Source: a virus. From it: a stretch of DNA of 64,000 bases. The notes beneath the pieces are model-generated. The model saw only the letters and a program-made list of their open reading frames with translations, did no database searches and had not been told where the DNA came from. The position numbers were made by a program, and so were the translations under genes. Below, piece after piece: positions 28,172-38,450 of the stretch; the first letter of the stretch is position 1, and every line of letters starts with the position of its first letter. The DNA lies in IMG/VR virus record IMGVR_UViG_3300031519_006853, positions 32,001 through 96,000 of that record. One strand, written 5' to 3'.

Positions 28172-29694
28172 GTCGCAGGAACATAAAAAGAATAAAGCAA
28201 GATCCTAAGTCCTATGGAGATGAACCAAAGCAATTTCCTAAAGTTTCTATTAGGCCTAACTCTACAAATAAGATTCATAATGTTAAACAGAATATTCAAA
28301 AAAGAACTTTTGTTAATAGGAAACCTTTAACAGAACAAGTTAAAACTCCAATTAATTTTATAGATACAGCATTAGAGCAAGCAAACAGGGATATATGTTT
28401 TGTGATAGGTGGCGGTCCATCATTAAATGGATTTGACTTTTCTTCATTAAATGGCTTTGATACTATTGCAGTTAACAAAGTAGTAGAATATATGAATAAT
28501 CCTACTTACTTCATTACAACAGATTATTCTTATTTTATTAAAGCTTCATTGCCAATAGGAAAAATAAATCAAAAAGTAAGAAAAAGTTACTTTATTGCTA
28601 ATATGTCTCATTCTTATATGAAAATACAAAAAGAACAGGTTGTTGACACTCGTAGAAACTTTGTTTATGAAGATCTTTATCATTATGATGGGGTAATTCA
28701 ATCATATAACAAAACTGGATTTGGTTCTGATATAAGTGAATTTAGTCATGGAGAAAACAGTGGACACTGTGGAATTCAGTTAGCTTTACTGATGGGTTAT
28801 AAAAAAATATACTTACTAGGTTTTGATTTAAACTCTGGTGGGCAAACTCATTTTCATCAATCATATAGAGAAATTGACCAAGCTTCATTTAAGAAAAGAG
28901 TTAATACGTATGCTGGAACTTTATTGCAATCATTAGCTAAACATAATGGAGGCCAGGAGATAATTAATCTATCTTCATCAAGCATATTGACACAATCACC
29001 AAATATAATTAAAACTGAAACCTTTAAAGATGTTTTAGTGGAGCATGGTGTAAAGCACAGAGAAGTAACCAAAGGAGATAATCGTACACTTGATAATTTA
29101 ATGGTTGTCGGTTACTATACAGTTAATACACCATACGAAGAAGAGGCTAAAAATTTAATAAGATCTTTAAATAAATTAAGTGTTAATCATGATATTAGTG
29201 GAGTTAAGACTTTAGGCAATTGGCAAGCAAATACTAGATTTAAAGCAGGGTTTATGTTAGACATGTTAAATAAGTGGCCTAATCATAGATTACTATATGT
29301 TGATGTTGATGCTGTTGTTCATAGAATGCCAGAGTTATTTAAAAATTATAGTTGTGATATAGCTGTAAGATGGCAAGACTTTAGATGGAGAAAGAATGAA
29401 TGTTTAAGTGGAACTATTTATATGGAAAATAATGAAAGAACTCGGCGTATCTGTGAATTATGGAGGGATATAAATGTTAAAGAAGGTAATAAATCAAATA
29501 GAATGGAGCAGTGGAATTTAGATACTGTTATTAATAAAATGAAAGCAGAAGATCCTAACTTTACTTATAAGAATCTTCCACCAGAATATACAATGATATT
29601 TGATAGTATGAGAGGGATGTATCCTAATATTACGCCAGTCATAGAACATTTTCAAGCAAGTAGAAGATTCAAAAAAGACGTAAATGAAAGCTAG
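28168..29694 (+). CDS. Fusion of a DUF115/Maf-like domain and a GT-A-like nucleotide-sugar transferase
   Basis: CFVIGGGPSL...IAVNK...NSG..GIQLA..MGYKKIYLLGFDL, then YYT..TPYEEEA.NL...LLYVDVDAV. Confidence 0.7.
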   Translation: MSRRNIKRIKQDPKSYGDEPKQFPKVSIRPNSTNKIHNVKQNIQKRTFVNRKPLTEQVKTPINFIDTALEQANRDICFVIGGGPSLNGFDFSSLNGFDTIAVNKVVEYMNNPTYFITTDYSYFIKASLPIGKINQKVRKSYFIANMSHSYMKIQKEQVVDTRRNFVYEDLYHYDGVIQSYNKTGFGSDISEFSHGENSGHCGIQLALLMGYKKIYLLGFDLNSGGQTHFHQSYREIDQASFKKRVNTYAGTLLQSLAKHNGGQEIINLSSSSILTQSPNIIKTETFKDVLVEHGVKHREVTKGDNRTLDNLMVVGYYTVNTPYEEEAKNLIRSLNKLSVNHDISGVKTLGNWQANTRFKAGFMLDMLNKWPNHRLLYVDVDAVVHRMPELFKNYSCDIAVRWQDFRWRKNECLSGTIYMENNERTRRICELWRDINVKEGNKSNRMEQWNLDTVINKMKAEDPNFTYKNLPPEYTMIFDSMRGMYPNITPVIEHFQASRRFKKDVNES

Positions 29695-30583
29695 AAATAT
29701 AAATATACCAATGAAAGTACAATTCCCATCCCCTAACCCTGATTGGGCACGTAAATCAGATCCTAATGAAACTGGGCAATGGCATAAATACTACTCGACA
29801 CATCCTCAGTATGTACTGAACTTATTAACAAAAGGAGGTGCCAAAGTAGAAATGGTACCGGCTATATCTTTTAAATCTAGAAGTACAGTAAGTTTTGATT
29901 GTTTAATAGATGGTCATTTATGTAAATTTGATTTTAATGATCATGAAATTATTGATAGGGATGAATCATCTAAGTATAAGGCTTATTTTAAATTTCATTA
30001 TCATGAAAGTCATAGTATAGGGCCAAGAGAAAAAAATATATTTCCTTTTTCTCCAGTTAATTTTCATGATTGGGATCTTTATAATAAATTACAACCTATG
30101 ATTAATTATACTGCTAAAGGTAAAGTATTAAATAACCAAGCACCAGCAGGCGCGGCAGTTGCTCGAAGAAATCATGTTCATCAACTATTAAGAAATGCAT
30201 ACGGCGATCAATTAGATGCAGGTAGATATCCAAAAGAAGAATTTTATAAATTAATTAATAATGCAAGTGTTATTGTTTGCGTACCTGGTGCAAGAAATAA
30301 TATGTTAGATAGAGGCCATGGGCAACAACTAGGATTTGGGGCGTGCACAATATCGCCTAAATTAAATACAAGACTATCATACCATGGGAGGTTAATACCC
30401 GGTGTTCATTATATAGAATGTAAACCTGATTATAGTGACTTAATAGAAAAGGTAAATTGGGTTAGGTCTAATAGAGATACAGCAATTAAAATAGGAAAAG
30501 CTGCCAAAAAATTATTTTTAGAAACTTCAACACCACAAAAACAAGTTGAATGGATAAAGCAATGTGTAAATAGAAATGAATAA
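29684..30583 (+). CDS. Putative GT-B glycosyltransferase (GT90/CgeB-like C-terminus)
   Basis: IVCVPG...LDR...GACTISP...LIPGVHYIECKPDYSDLIEKVNW......A.KIG.AA. Confidence 0.62.
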   Translation: MKARNINIPMKVQFPSPNPDWARKSDPNETGQWHKYYSTHPQYVLNLLTKGGAKVEMVPAISFKSRSTVSFDCLIDGHLCKFDFNDHEIIDRDESSKYKAYFKFHYHESHSIGPREKNIFPFSPVNFHDWDLYNKLQPMINYTAKGKVLNNQAPAGAAVARRNHVHQLLRNAYGDQLDAGRYPKEEFYKLINNASVIVCVPGARNNMLDRGHGQQLGFGACTISPKLNTRLSYHGRLIPGVHYIECKPDYSDLIEKVNWVRSNRDTAIKIGKAAKKLFLETSTPQKQVEWIKQCVNRNE

Positions 30584-31355
30584 AACAGGAGTAATAGTAA
30601 TTAATTTAAATACATACGGATATACTCGTAGATGTATTGAAGATCTGTTAAAACAAAACGTTCCATTTGATTTAACATTAGTAGACCAGGCATCGCAAGA
30701 AGCAGGGATACGAGAGTTTTTTGAATCTGTCAGATCTTTGTGGGGTAATAGAGGCAAACTTACTATTAAATATAATACTATAAATGAACCTCTTAATGAA
30801 GTTTGGAATACTTTTGCAAAGGAATCTGATAATGAATATTTATGTTATTTAAATAGTGATGTAAGAATTCCTTCTAATTTTATTAAAGATAGTGAATCTG
30901 TTTTTGCATTAGAACCAACAGTAGGAATTACCGTACACTCGACTAATCATCCTCATTGGTTAACTAATGCATCCCATCAATTAAATTATAAAATACCAAC
31001 TAATCAAAAAATTAAACAAGGGTGGGATTTTACAATAAGAAAAACTGATTGGGAAATAATACCTGAGATTCTTCAAATATTTTGTGGTGATGATTTTATT
31101 TTTTATAAATGTTTTGTAAAAGATAGAAAAGTTTCTTATATTTTAAGCTCTCCTATTTTACATTTCCAGGGGATGTCACAAAAACCAGGTTACAAATTAA
31201 AATTACCACCTAGAAAAGATAATTTTGAAAGTGATGTTAAAGCATGGGCTAGTTTAGGTTGGCCTGTAGGATCAACTCGCAAAATCAATGATGAATACAC
31301 TAGAATTAAACCAACTTTAGATTTAGTACAAAGATATGCAAAAGGAATACTTTAA
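30576..31355 (+). CDS. GT2-family glycosyltransferase
   Basis: VINLN...TRRCIEDL...LVDQAS...CYLNSDV...IFCGDD. Confidence 0.78.
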   Translation: MNKTGVIVINLNTYGYTRRCIEDLLKQNVPFDLTLVDQASQEAGIREFFESVRSLWGNRGKLTIKYNTINEPLNEVWNTFAKESDNEYLCYLNSDVRIPSNFIKDSESVFALEPTVGITVHSTNHPHWLTNASHQLNYKIPTNQKIKQGWDFTIRKTDWEIIPEILQIFCGDDFIFYKCFVKDRKVSYILSSPILHFQGMSQKPGYKLKLPPRKDNFESDVKAWASLGWPVGSTRKINDEYTRIKPTLDLVQRYAKGIL

Positions 31356-32007
31356 TATTTTTATAATTGCAACAATCGGCAGGCCTTCACTCAAAGAAGC
31401 TATAAATAGTTGTCTTAATCAAAGGAGAGAAACTTTAGTAGTTGTAGTATTTGATGATGAAGAAATTATAAGGATAGTAGATAATCCTAATGTGATATAT
31501 TTAAAAACAAAAAAACATGTTTGGGGTGAAGGTGCTAGACAGTATGGTGTCGATTGGTGTAAAGATAACAAAATAAAATCTACTTACATTTCTTATTTAG
31601 ATGATGACGACATTATCCTTCCTTCTTACACAGATAGTTTAGAACAATTTTTATCCTATGATATTGTTGTTCATAGTATGAAGATTTTTGAAAACGGAAG
31701 AATTGTACCAGAACAAGGTTATTATAATTATCCTAATTTACCAGAAAGTAAAAAAATACAAATTTCAACAAGACCTTTAGTTAAAAATTATGTAGGGTTA
31801 AGTTTTAGTTTAAAATGGAATAAAGCTAAAAATATAAATTGGTATTCTAACGGAGCTGAAAAAGATTTTAATTATATAGATGCTGCATGCAAAAGTGGAC
31901 TTACTCATATTAAAACTGGCAAAGTATCTTATCATCAATTAACAAGAGGATTAACAGGCTCTCATACTAATCGCAAATTTGGTGTTCATGATACTTTTAA
32001 TAAATAA
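31336..32007 (+). CDS. GT2-family glycosyltransferase
   Basis: TIGRPSL.EAINSCL, ARQYGV and ISYLDDDD. Confidence 0.78.
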   Translation: MQKEYFNIFIIATIGRPSLKEAINSCLNQRRETLVVVVFDDEEIIRIVDNPNVIYLKTKKHVWGEGARQYGVDWCKDNKIKSTYISYLDDDDIILPSYTDSLEQFLSYDIVVHSMKIFENGRIVPEQGYYNYPNLPESKKIQISTRPLVKNYVGLSFSLKWNKAKNINWYSNGAEKDFNYIDAACKSGLTHIKTGKVSYHQLTRGLTGSHTNRKFGVHDTFNK

Positions 32008-32023
32008 TAAAACAAAATAAAAA

Positions 32024-32698
32024 ATGAAGACAACAGTAAATGAATATTTTGATAAAGTATTTTTAATAAATTTAAAGACACAGACTGAAAAGTTAGAATT
32101 ATCTAAGAAACATCTTAGTAAGTATAACATTGAATTTGAAGTCTATGAAGCCTTGAATTGTGTAGTTGGAATTCCAGAAGATCATCCGAATAAACCTGTT
32201 GTAGGTTTTTTAACAAATAAACCTGGTGCATTTGGTTGTTTAATGAGTCACTTAGGTGTTGTAAAAATTGCTAAAGAAAGAGGATATAAAAGAATATTAG
32301 TTCTTGAAGATGATGTAGTATTAAGTAAAGATTTTTTAACTTTATTTTCAGAAAAAGTAAAAGACGTACCAAATGATTGGAAATTATTTTATTTAGGAGG
32401 GAGCGGTCATACCGGTAGTGGAATTGATAAATTAACTAAAGTAACTGAAAATATTAGTAAAACAGTAGGTACATATACCACAGGGTCTTATGGTATTGAT
32501 TCTTCTGCATATGATATAATTCTTAATGATCATAAAGTTCCACCAGGTAGGCCAATAGATCAATATTATATTGCATTTCAAAATAGATACCCCTCGTATG
32601 TAACTCGCCCTAATATTGCTTGGCAAAGAGAAGGTATTAGTATGATTGCTCATGGGTGTTATAGAGATTATAGAGGATTTATGAAAGAAATAGATTAA
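32024..32698 (+). CDS. GT25-family glycosyltransferase
   Basis: VFLINLK, GAFGCLMSH, ILVLEDDV and YGI...PID. Confidence 0.85.
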   Translation: MKTTVNEYFDKVFLINLKTQTEKLELSKKHLSKYNIEFEVYEALNCVVGIPEDHPNKPVVGFLTNKPGAFGCLMSHLGVVKIAKERGYKRILVLEDDVVLSKDFLTLFSEKVKDVPNDWKLFYLGGSGHTGSGIDKLTKVTENISKTVGTYTTGSYGIDSSAYDIILNDHKVPPGRPIDQYYIAFQNRYPSYVTRPNIAWQREGISMIAHGCYRDYRGFMKEID

Positions 32699-32699
32699 G

Positions 32700-33248
32700 A
32701 TGAAAATGAAAATAGATTTTATAATACCTACACTGTACCGCGATACCTTAGGAAGAGCTATTTCTTCGATTGAAGCAGAAAACATTGATCATAATTTACT
32801 TATAAGTGGAAAATTTAAAGATGGGAGTGGTGTAAAGAATAGAAATAACAGTCTCGAAAAGGTTAAGGATAGTGATTGGATTATATTTTTGGATGATGAT
32901 GATTGGTTACTTAGAGGCTTTAGTAAAGAATTGGATAGTGAATATGACATCGTAGTTTTGAGAATGTTGCAAAACTATAATGATCCTTATTTTCCACCTA
33001 AGTTAATACCACCTTATCATATTAAGCCAGAAGAATTAAACTATGGGTTATGTGGATGTAACATAGCAGTTAAAACTTCATTTTATCTTAAACATAAAAT
33101 AGAAGTAAAGAATGCAAAAAATCCAGACTTTGATTTTTTAGAAAGGTTATTAAAAGAAACAGATAAAGTTAAAATAACTCCGGGTATATATTATATGGCT
33201 CCTTTAGGTGGTTATAATAAAATTAAACCTGACGGTAAAAAAACATAA
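32700..33248 (+). CDS. GT2-like glycosyltransferase
   Basis: IIPTLYRDTL.RAI.S, RN..L and IIFLDDDD. Confidence 0.75.
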   Translation: MKMKIDFIIPTLYRDTLGRAISSIEAENIDHNLLISGKFKDGSGVKNRNNSLEKVKDSDWIIFLDDDDWLLRGFSKELDSEYDIVVLRMLQNYNDPYFPPKLIPPYHIKPEELNYGLCGCNIAVKTSFYLKHKIEVKNAKNPDFDFLERLLKETDKVKITPGIYYMAPLGGYNKIKPDGKKT

Positions 33249-33254
33249 TAAGAA

Positions 33255-33860
33255 ATGATAATAACTGCATATAATGATATGATACCATCTAATGTTGTTG
33301 ATGGGCAAAGAAAAATATTTGAAAAGTTTGGAGAAAAGATTATTCAAATTAAACCAGCAACTTGGGGAGGGCATGCTCATACTTTAGATGAATGGATAAA
33401 AAATAATGAATGGGATCATTTAATTGTTTTAGATATAGATTGCATACCTCTTAATAAAGATGTAATAAAAGATGCAAGAGAATGGATTCAAAATAACTTA
33501 GGACTTTATTCAGTTGCACAGAATCCTAATCATATACCTAATGCAATTGATTATGCAAGCCCTGCATTTATAGCATTTTCTAAAAAAACATATGAAGAGT
33601 TAGGGAATCCTAGTTTTCAAGGATCTAATCAACCGCCTTGGGATGTAGGTGGTGAGTTTACTTATAAAGCTTTAGAAAAAAATCTACCTATTAAGTTAAT
33701 GTATCCTAGTGAAGTAGAAATTCCTAAATGGAAATTAGCTAATGGGAGTATGTTTGGTATAGGAACAACTTATGATAATAAAGTATACCATCATTTTGAA
33801 GGAAGAAGATTTAATCATAATAATATTATGAATCGCAAAATAAAATCTATATTAGGATGA
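33255..33860 (+). CDS. GT-A-fold glycosyltransferase-like protein
   Basis: LIVLDIDCIPL DxD motif; context. Confidence 0.55.
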   Translation: MIITAYNDMIPSNVVDGQRKIFEKFGEKIIQIKPATWGGHAHTLDEWIKNNEWDHLIVLDIDCIPLNKDVIKDAREWIQNNLGLYSVAQNPNHIPNAIDYASPAFIAFSKKTYEELGNPSFQGSNQPPWDVGGEFTYKALEKNLPIKLMYPSEVEIPKWKLANGSMFGIGTTYDNKVYHHFEGRRFNHNNIMNRKIKSILG

Positions 33861-35188
33861 GGGATTTTAATCAATGCCACGTAGGGCCTCATATACAATT
33901 TTTTGGAAAGGCTTTTATGAAAAGATGGAACTTTATCCCTTATACTGATGGGAATAAGCCAGTAGTTTTTTTTGGTATAAACAGACAACATGAATTAATT
34001 AATAATCACAAAGGTCCTAAAATAATTATTACTTCTGGTCCAGAGGATTTACCTGATTGGAATATACTTAAGAATAGAAAAAATCTTTTTCTTTTAAGTA
34101 GTGTAGATAAATTAAATAAGTCTATACCTTCAGATGTTATATTTAAGAGAGAAATGATTGAGATGAAGGATTTTTCGATGTTTAAGCCTAATGTCCTAGG
34201 TAATAAAATTTATGCTTATACAGGAACTCATTCTTGGTCTGTTAATCATTATCTTAAAAATGAATTACAAAAATATCTTCCGTATGAATTAATTTATAAA
34301 ACACATAATAGTGTTAATGATTATTATGATTTAAAATATCTCAAAGAAAATTATTATGACAAATCTTTTATGTGTATTAATTTACATGCTGGATTTGGCA
34401 TGACAACAGTAAGAGAATTGGCTTTAATGGGAAGAAAGGTTGCAATGAATCCTATTAATTATACACACTCCTTTGGTAAAGCTTGTTTACCCTTTGAATT
34501 AAATCATCCTACTAACGGCTTGGTTAATATTATAAAAAAAGAAGCCAAAAAGATTGGTACAATTCAACCTAGTATTAATTTACATACCCAAAATAATGAT
34601 AAATGGTTGTATTTAGATTATTATGTAAACAATAATACAATAAAACCATATAAAAATAAAAATAAAAATACCGTGAAACTTAAAAATTTAGGAAAATATA
34701 ATATTATAGCAGATGATGTTATTATTGAAGATGGCGTAAAGATTGGAAATTTTAATACTATAGCAAGTGGGACAATAATTAAAAAAGGAGCAGTGATTGG
34801 TAATTATTGCGAAATAGGTAAAAATAATGTTATTGGGGAAAATTCTATTTTACAAGGTAGAATTAGAACTGCAAGTGGTTGTATTTTTGAAAAAAATGTA
34901 ACTACTAAATATGGTACTATTTTAACCTCAGATGTATTGTTAAAAGAAGGGTGTTTTTTAGGACCTCATACCATTACGCTAGGATCTACTCATGAAAGAA
35001 TAACCAAGCATGGTACAATTATTGGTAAAAATACTTATATAGGTGCCGGATCCAAAATAGCAGCCGATACTAAAATAGGTGATGATATTGTGATAGGTGC
35101 TTTAGGTTTTGTAAATAAAGATTTAACTACTCCGGGTATATATGCAGGATTACCTGTCAAATTTATTAAGAAAAATAAAAAGAAATAA
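33857..35188 (+). CDS. Unknown (GT-B-like?) N-terminal domain fused to a hexapeptide-repeat O/N-acyltransferase
   Basis: C-terminal left-handed beta-helix repeats (IIADDVIIEDGVKIG...TIIGKNTYIGAGS...IGALGFVNKD...YAGLPVK). Confidence 0.75.
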   Translation: MRDFNQCHVGPHIQFFGKAFMKRWNFIPYTDGNKPVVFFGINRQHELINNHKGPKIIITSGPEDLPDWNILKNRKNLFLLSSVDKLNKSIPSDVIFKREMIEMKDFSMFKPNVLGNKIYAYTGTHSWSVNHYLKNELQKYLPYELIYKTHNSVNDYYDLKYLKENYYDKSFMCINLHAGFGMTTVRELALMGRKVAMNPINYTHSFGKACLPFELNHPTNGLVNIIKKEAKKIGTIQPSINLHTQNNDKWLYLDYYVNNNTIKPYKNKNKNTVKLKNLGKYNIIADDVIIEDGVKIGNFNTIASGTIIKKGAVIGNYCEIGKNNVIGENSILQGRIRTASGCIFEKNVTTKYGTILTSDVLLKEGCFLGPHTITLGSTHERITKHGTIIGKNTYIGAGSKIAADTKIGDDIVIGALGFVNKDLTTPGIYAGLPVKFIKKNKKK

Positions 35189-35715
35189 TGGAAATACTTC
35201 CAATGAGAACTCCGGCTAATACTAAAGGCCTAAAAGAATTAATATCTTCACTACCATCAAATTTGGTAATGTCTGAAATAGGGTGTTATGCAGGTCTTAG
35301 TACTAAAATTTTTATGGAATCAGGTAAAGTAAAAACTCTTTATGCTATTGATATTTGGGAAGATGTCTTAAATTTATTTAAAAGCAAATGGAAAGATCAT
35401 AATTTTAAAGCAGTAGAAGCTGAGTTTGATAAAAACCTAAAAGGCTTTAATGTAGTAAAATTAAAAATGAATGCTAAAGAAGCACAAGATCATTTACCAC
35501 AATTAGATTTTGCTTATATTGATGGAAATCATCATTATGAATATGTTAAGGAAGATATACAAATTTGTTTAAAAAAAATAAAGAATGATGGAATAATAAG
35601 TGGTCATGATTACTGTGAAGAATCACCAGGCGTCATAAAAGCTGTTAATGAAATGTTTGGTAAACCTGATAAAGTATTTTCAGATGCAAGCTGGATCGTA
35701 AAGTTAAAAAAATGA
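35188..35715 (+). CDS. Class I SAM-dependent methyltransferase (Methyltransf_24-like)
   Basis: EIGCYAGLS, AIDIW, DFAYIDGNHHYEYV.EDI and GIISGHDY. Confidence 0.88.
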   Translation: MEILPMRTPANTKGLKELISSLPSNLVMSEIGCYAGLSTKIFMESGKVKTLYAIDIWEDVLNLFKSKWKDHNFKAVEAEFDKNLKGFNVVKLKMNAKEAQDHLPQLDFAYIDGNHHYEYVKEDIQICLKKIKNDGIISGHDYCEESPGVIKAVNEMFGKPDKVFSDASWIVKLKK

Positions 35716-36410
35716 AAAGTTTAAAAGATAAGTGGATGACCACATTTTATGGCATGGATTGGTATAAGATAAATTCTATAACTGATCTTGCTAATATACA
35801 AGGACCTGCTCTAATTGAATATGTTATTGATGTTAATAAATATAGAGAAATAGAAAAAGTACAAGAATTAGGCTTTACTTTAGTTGAAACAGATATAGAA
35901 TTTGAAACTTTAATTGATCATGACAGAGGATCTCTCCCTAATATTAGAATAGCAAATGAAAATGATTTAGGAGCTATTTTAGAAATAACAAAGGAGTGTT
36001 ATTCTTCTCATAATAAATTTTATAATAGATTTAGAAACAAATCTTTTTTTACAGAAAAGCAAGCAGAAGATTATTATAAAAATAGTGTTATTAATAATTA
36101 TGAAGGAGAAAATATAATTAAAGTTGTAGTAGAAGATAACGAAGGTATTTGCGCCTATTATATTATAAAGAAACTGGAAAGTCTAGAACTATATGGAAAA
36201 TATAAAGGCATTATTGCAGGAGTATCTGCTAGGGCAAGAGGTAAAAATCTACATGTAGAAATGCAAAACAAAATAACTGAATTAATTAAAGAACCTTATA
36301 TAACAGTAAATAGAACACAATTAGGAAACTATAGAGTAATAGGAAATCATTTAAAAGATAGAAGACAATTATCTAAAATTGAACATTATTTTTATAAAAA
36401 AATAAAATAA
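35712..36410 (+). CDS. GNAT acetyltransferase (WecD/RffC-like)
   Basis: GFTLVET, IRIANENDL.AI, GVSARARGKNL and RTQLGN. Confidence 0.68.
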   Translation: MKSLKDKWMTTFYGMDWYKINSITDLANIQGPALIEYVIDVNKYREIEKVQELGFTLVETDIEFETLIDHDRGSLPNIRIANENDLGAILEITKECYSSHNKFYNRFRNKSFFTEKQAEDYYKNSVINNYEGENIIKVVVEDNEGICAYYIIKKLESLELYGKYKGIIAGVSARARGKNLHVEMQNKITELIKEPYITVNRTQLGNYRVIGNHLKDRRQLSKIEHYFYKKIK

Positions 36411-36412
36411 GT

Positions 36413-37045
36413 ATGCCAATTAAAAAACATAGCCCTTATAAAATAGTAAGTATGTTTGAAGAAGAGCTCTCTGAATATACCGGCGCTAAATATGTAGTAG
36501 CAGTTGACAGCTGCACTAATGCTTTATTTTTAGTTTGTAAGTATTTACAAGTTAAAGAAGTTACTATCCCATCACAAACATATCTTTCAGTTCCTATGAG
36601 CATAATACATGCCGGTGGAAATATAATTTTTGATAAATCAGCAAAATCTAATCATTGGAAAGGCATATATCAATTAAAACCCTATCCTATATATGATGCA
36701 GCAAAAAGATTTACATCTAACATGTATATTAAAGAATCCTTTATGTGTTTATCTTTTCATATTAAAAAATTATTAAATATTGGTAAAGGTGGTGCTATTT
36801 TAACTGATAACAAAGAAGCCTATGAATGGTTTAAAAAAGCAAGGTATGAAGGTAGGAGTGAAAAGTTTTATAAAGAAGACAGTATTGAAACTTTAGGTTG
36901 GAATATGTATATGACTCCACAACAAGCAGCTCACGGTTTATGTTTAATGCAAAATCATCCAATCAACGCAGAAGATCAGGGAGAGCATAATGGTTATCGT
37001 GACTTAACTGAATTTCCAGTTTTTAAAAAATATAAAACTATATAA
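36413..37045 (+). CDS. DegT/DnrJ/EryC1/StrS aminotransferase (short form)
   Basis: FEEEL.EYTGAKYVVAVDSCTNAL, YDAA, SFHIKK...GKGGAILTD and GWNMYM. Confidence 0.85.
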   Translation: MPIKKHSPYKIVSMFEEELSEYTGAKYVVAVDSCTNALFLVCKYLQVKEVTIPSQTYLSVPMSIIHAGGNIIFDKSAKSNHWKGIYQLKPYPIYDAAKRFTSNMYIKESFMCLSFHIKKLLNIGKGGAILTDNKEAYEWFKKARYEGRSEKFYKEDSIETLGWNMYMTPQQAAHGLCLMQNHPINAEDQGEHNGYRDLTEFPVFKKYKTI

Positions 37046-37710
37046 TGGAAGAATCAATTAAAGAATTAATACAAAAAGAAATACAGGCAATAGGAAATAT
37101 ACCTGTTGATTTTAGTTTTGAATTAGCTGTTAATAAAATTAAAATGAAAGTTCATAGTTTAAGTAAGTGTGGAAAGGTTGTAATTTCAGGTATGGGTAAG
37201 GCTGGTCAAATAGGTTTAAACATTTCAACAACCTTATGTTCTACTGGAACTCCTTCTGTTTATTTACATCCTAGTGAAGCACAGCATGGAGACTTAGGAA
37301 TACTTCAACAGAATGATGTTCTTATTCTTTTATCAAACTCTGGTAAGACTAGAGAAATATTAGAATTAATTGAATTATCTAAAAACATGTATCCTCATAT
37401 TAGTATTATCTGTATAACTGGTAAAAAAGATAGCCCATTAGCAAAGGCATCAGATATAGTTTTACACACTGGTGATGCTGATGAAATTTGCCCGCTAGGA
37501 TTAACACCAACAATATCAACAACACTAATGACAGTAATCGGTGATATCTTAGTTGTAGAATTAATGAAGAAGATTAACTTTTCAAAAAAGGAATATTCTA
37601 AAAGACATCATAGTGGTTATTTAGGACAGAAAAGCAAAGAGGACACTAAGCATCCACCAGGAAGTTTGTTAAATGAACTTCCACCAAACGATTATCAAAT
37701 GGGAAATTAA
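37045..37710 (+). CDS. kdsD: Arabinose-5-phosphate isomerase (KdsD/KpsF-type SIS domain, no CBS pair)
   Basis: VVISGMGKAGQIG...STGTPS.YLHPSEAQHGDLG, SNSGKT, CPLGLTPT.ST and HHSG.LG. Confidence 0.88.
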   Translation: MEESIKELIQKEIQAIGNIPVDFSFELAVNKIKMKVHSLSKCGKVVISGMGKAGQIGLNISTTLCSTGTPSVYLHPSEAQHGDLGILQQNDVLILLSNSGKTREILELIELSKNMYPHISIICITGKKDSPLAKASDIVLHTGDADEICPLGLTPTISTTLMTVIGDILVVELMKKINFSKKEYSKRHHSGYLGQKSKEDTKHPPGSLLNELPPNDYQMGN

Positions 37711-38417
37711 TGAAAACAATAATTATTATACCTGCAAGATGGGAATCAACTAGATTACCAGGGAAGCCTTTAGCTATGATTGGTGATAAGCCAATGATAC
37801 AACATACTTGGGAAAGGGCATGCGAATCTAATGCTGATGAGGTTATTATTGCATGTGATAGTAAAATTGTATATGATGCTGCTACTAAATTTGGGGCTAA
37901 AGTTATATGGACTCCTGGTGCAGATACAGGAACTGAAAGAGTAATAGGTGTTCAAAAAATTGAGGCTGCTGATTTTATTATTAATGTTCAAGGCGATGAA
38001 CCCTTTATTAATCCTAATGATATTAATGAAGTAATTAAAATTGTTCATAATCATCCAGATAAAGTAGCAACAATGTCAACAGATTTAACAAGTAATGAAG
38101 GAAAGGATCCTAATGTTGTTAAAGCAATACGAAATGCAATAGGTTTAGTTGGAATGTTTACTAGGAGTTCTATTTACATGAAAACTAATTTTGCATATAA
38201 GCATATTGGTTTATACGGCTATAGTGCTAAAGTACTAAACAAAATATCTGCATTAAAACCTTCAGAAAGTTCTATTAAAGACTCACTAGAGCAATTAACT
38301 TGGATGGACAATAATATACCTATTGTTGCAGGTTGGACATCTTACAAGTCATTAGGCGTTGACACAAAAGAAGATTTAAAAAATGCTAATGACTTTTATA
38401 AAACTATTCATAATTAA
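37710..38417 (+). CDS. kdsB: 3-deoxy-manno-octulosonate cytidylyltransferase (CMP-Kdo synthetase)
   Basis: IIPARWESTRLPGKPL, TGTER, INVQGDEP, HIGLYGY, LEQL.W and GVDT.EDL. Confidence 0.92.
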   Translation: MKTIIIIPARWESTRLPGKPLAMIGDKPMIQHTWERACESNADEVIIACDSKIVYDAATKFGAKVIWTPGADTGTERVIGVQKIEAADFIINVQGDEPFINPNDINEVIKIVHNHPDKVATMSTDLTSNEGKDPNVVKAIRNAIGLVGMFTRSSIYMKTNFAYKHIGLYGYSAKVLNKISALKPSESSIKDSLEQLTWMDNNIPIVAGWTSYKSLGVDTKEDLKNANDFYKTIHN

Positions 38418-38426
38418 TCCATATAA
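38401..38426 (+). promoter_or_regulatory. Putative middle promoter (AAAC-N15-CATATAA)
   Basis: Recurring motif before the GT4 gene. Confidence 0.4.
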
Positions 38427-38450
38427 TAATAAATAATAAGTATACTTTAA

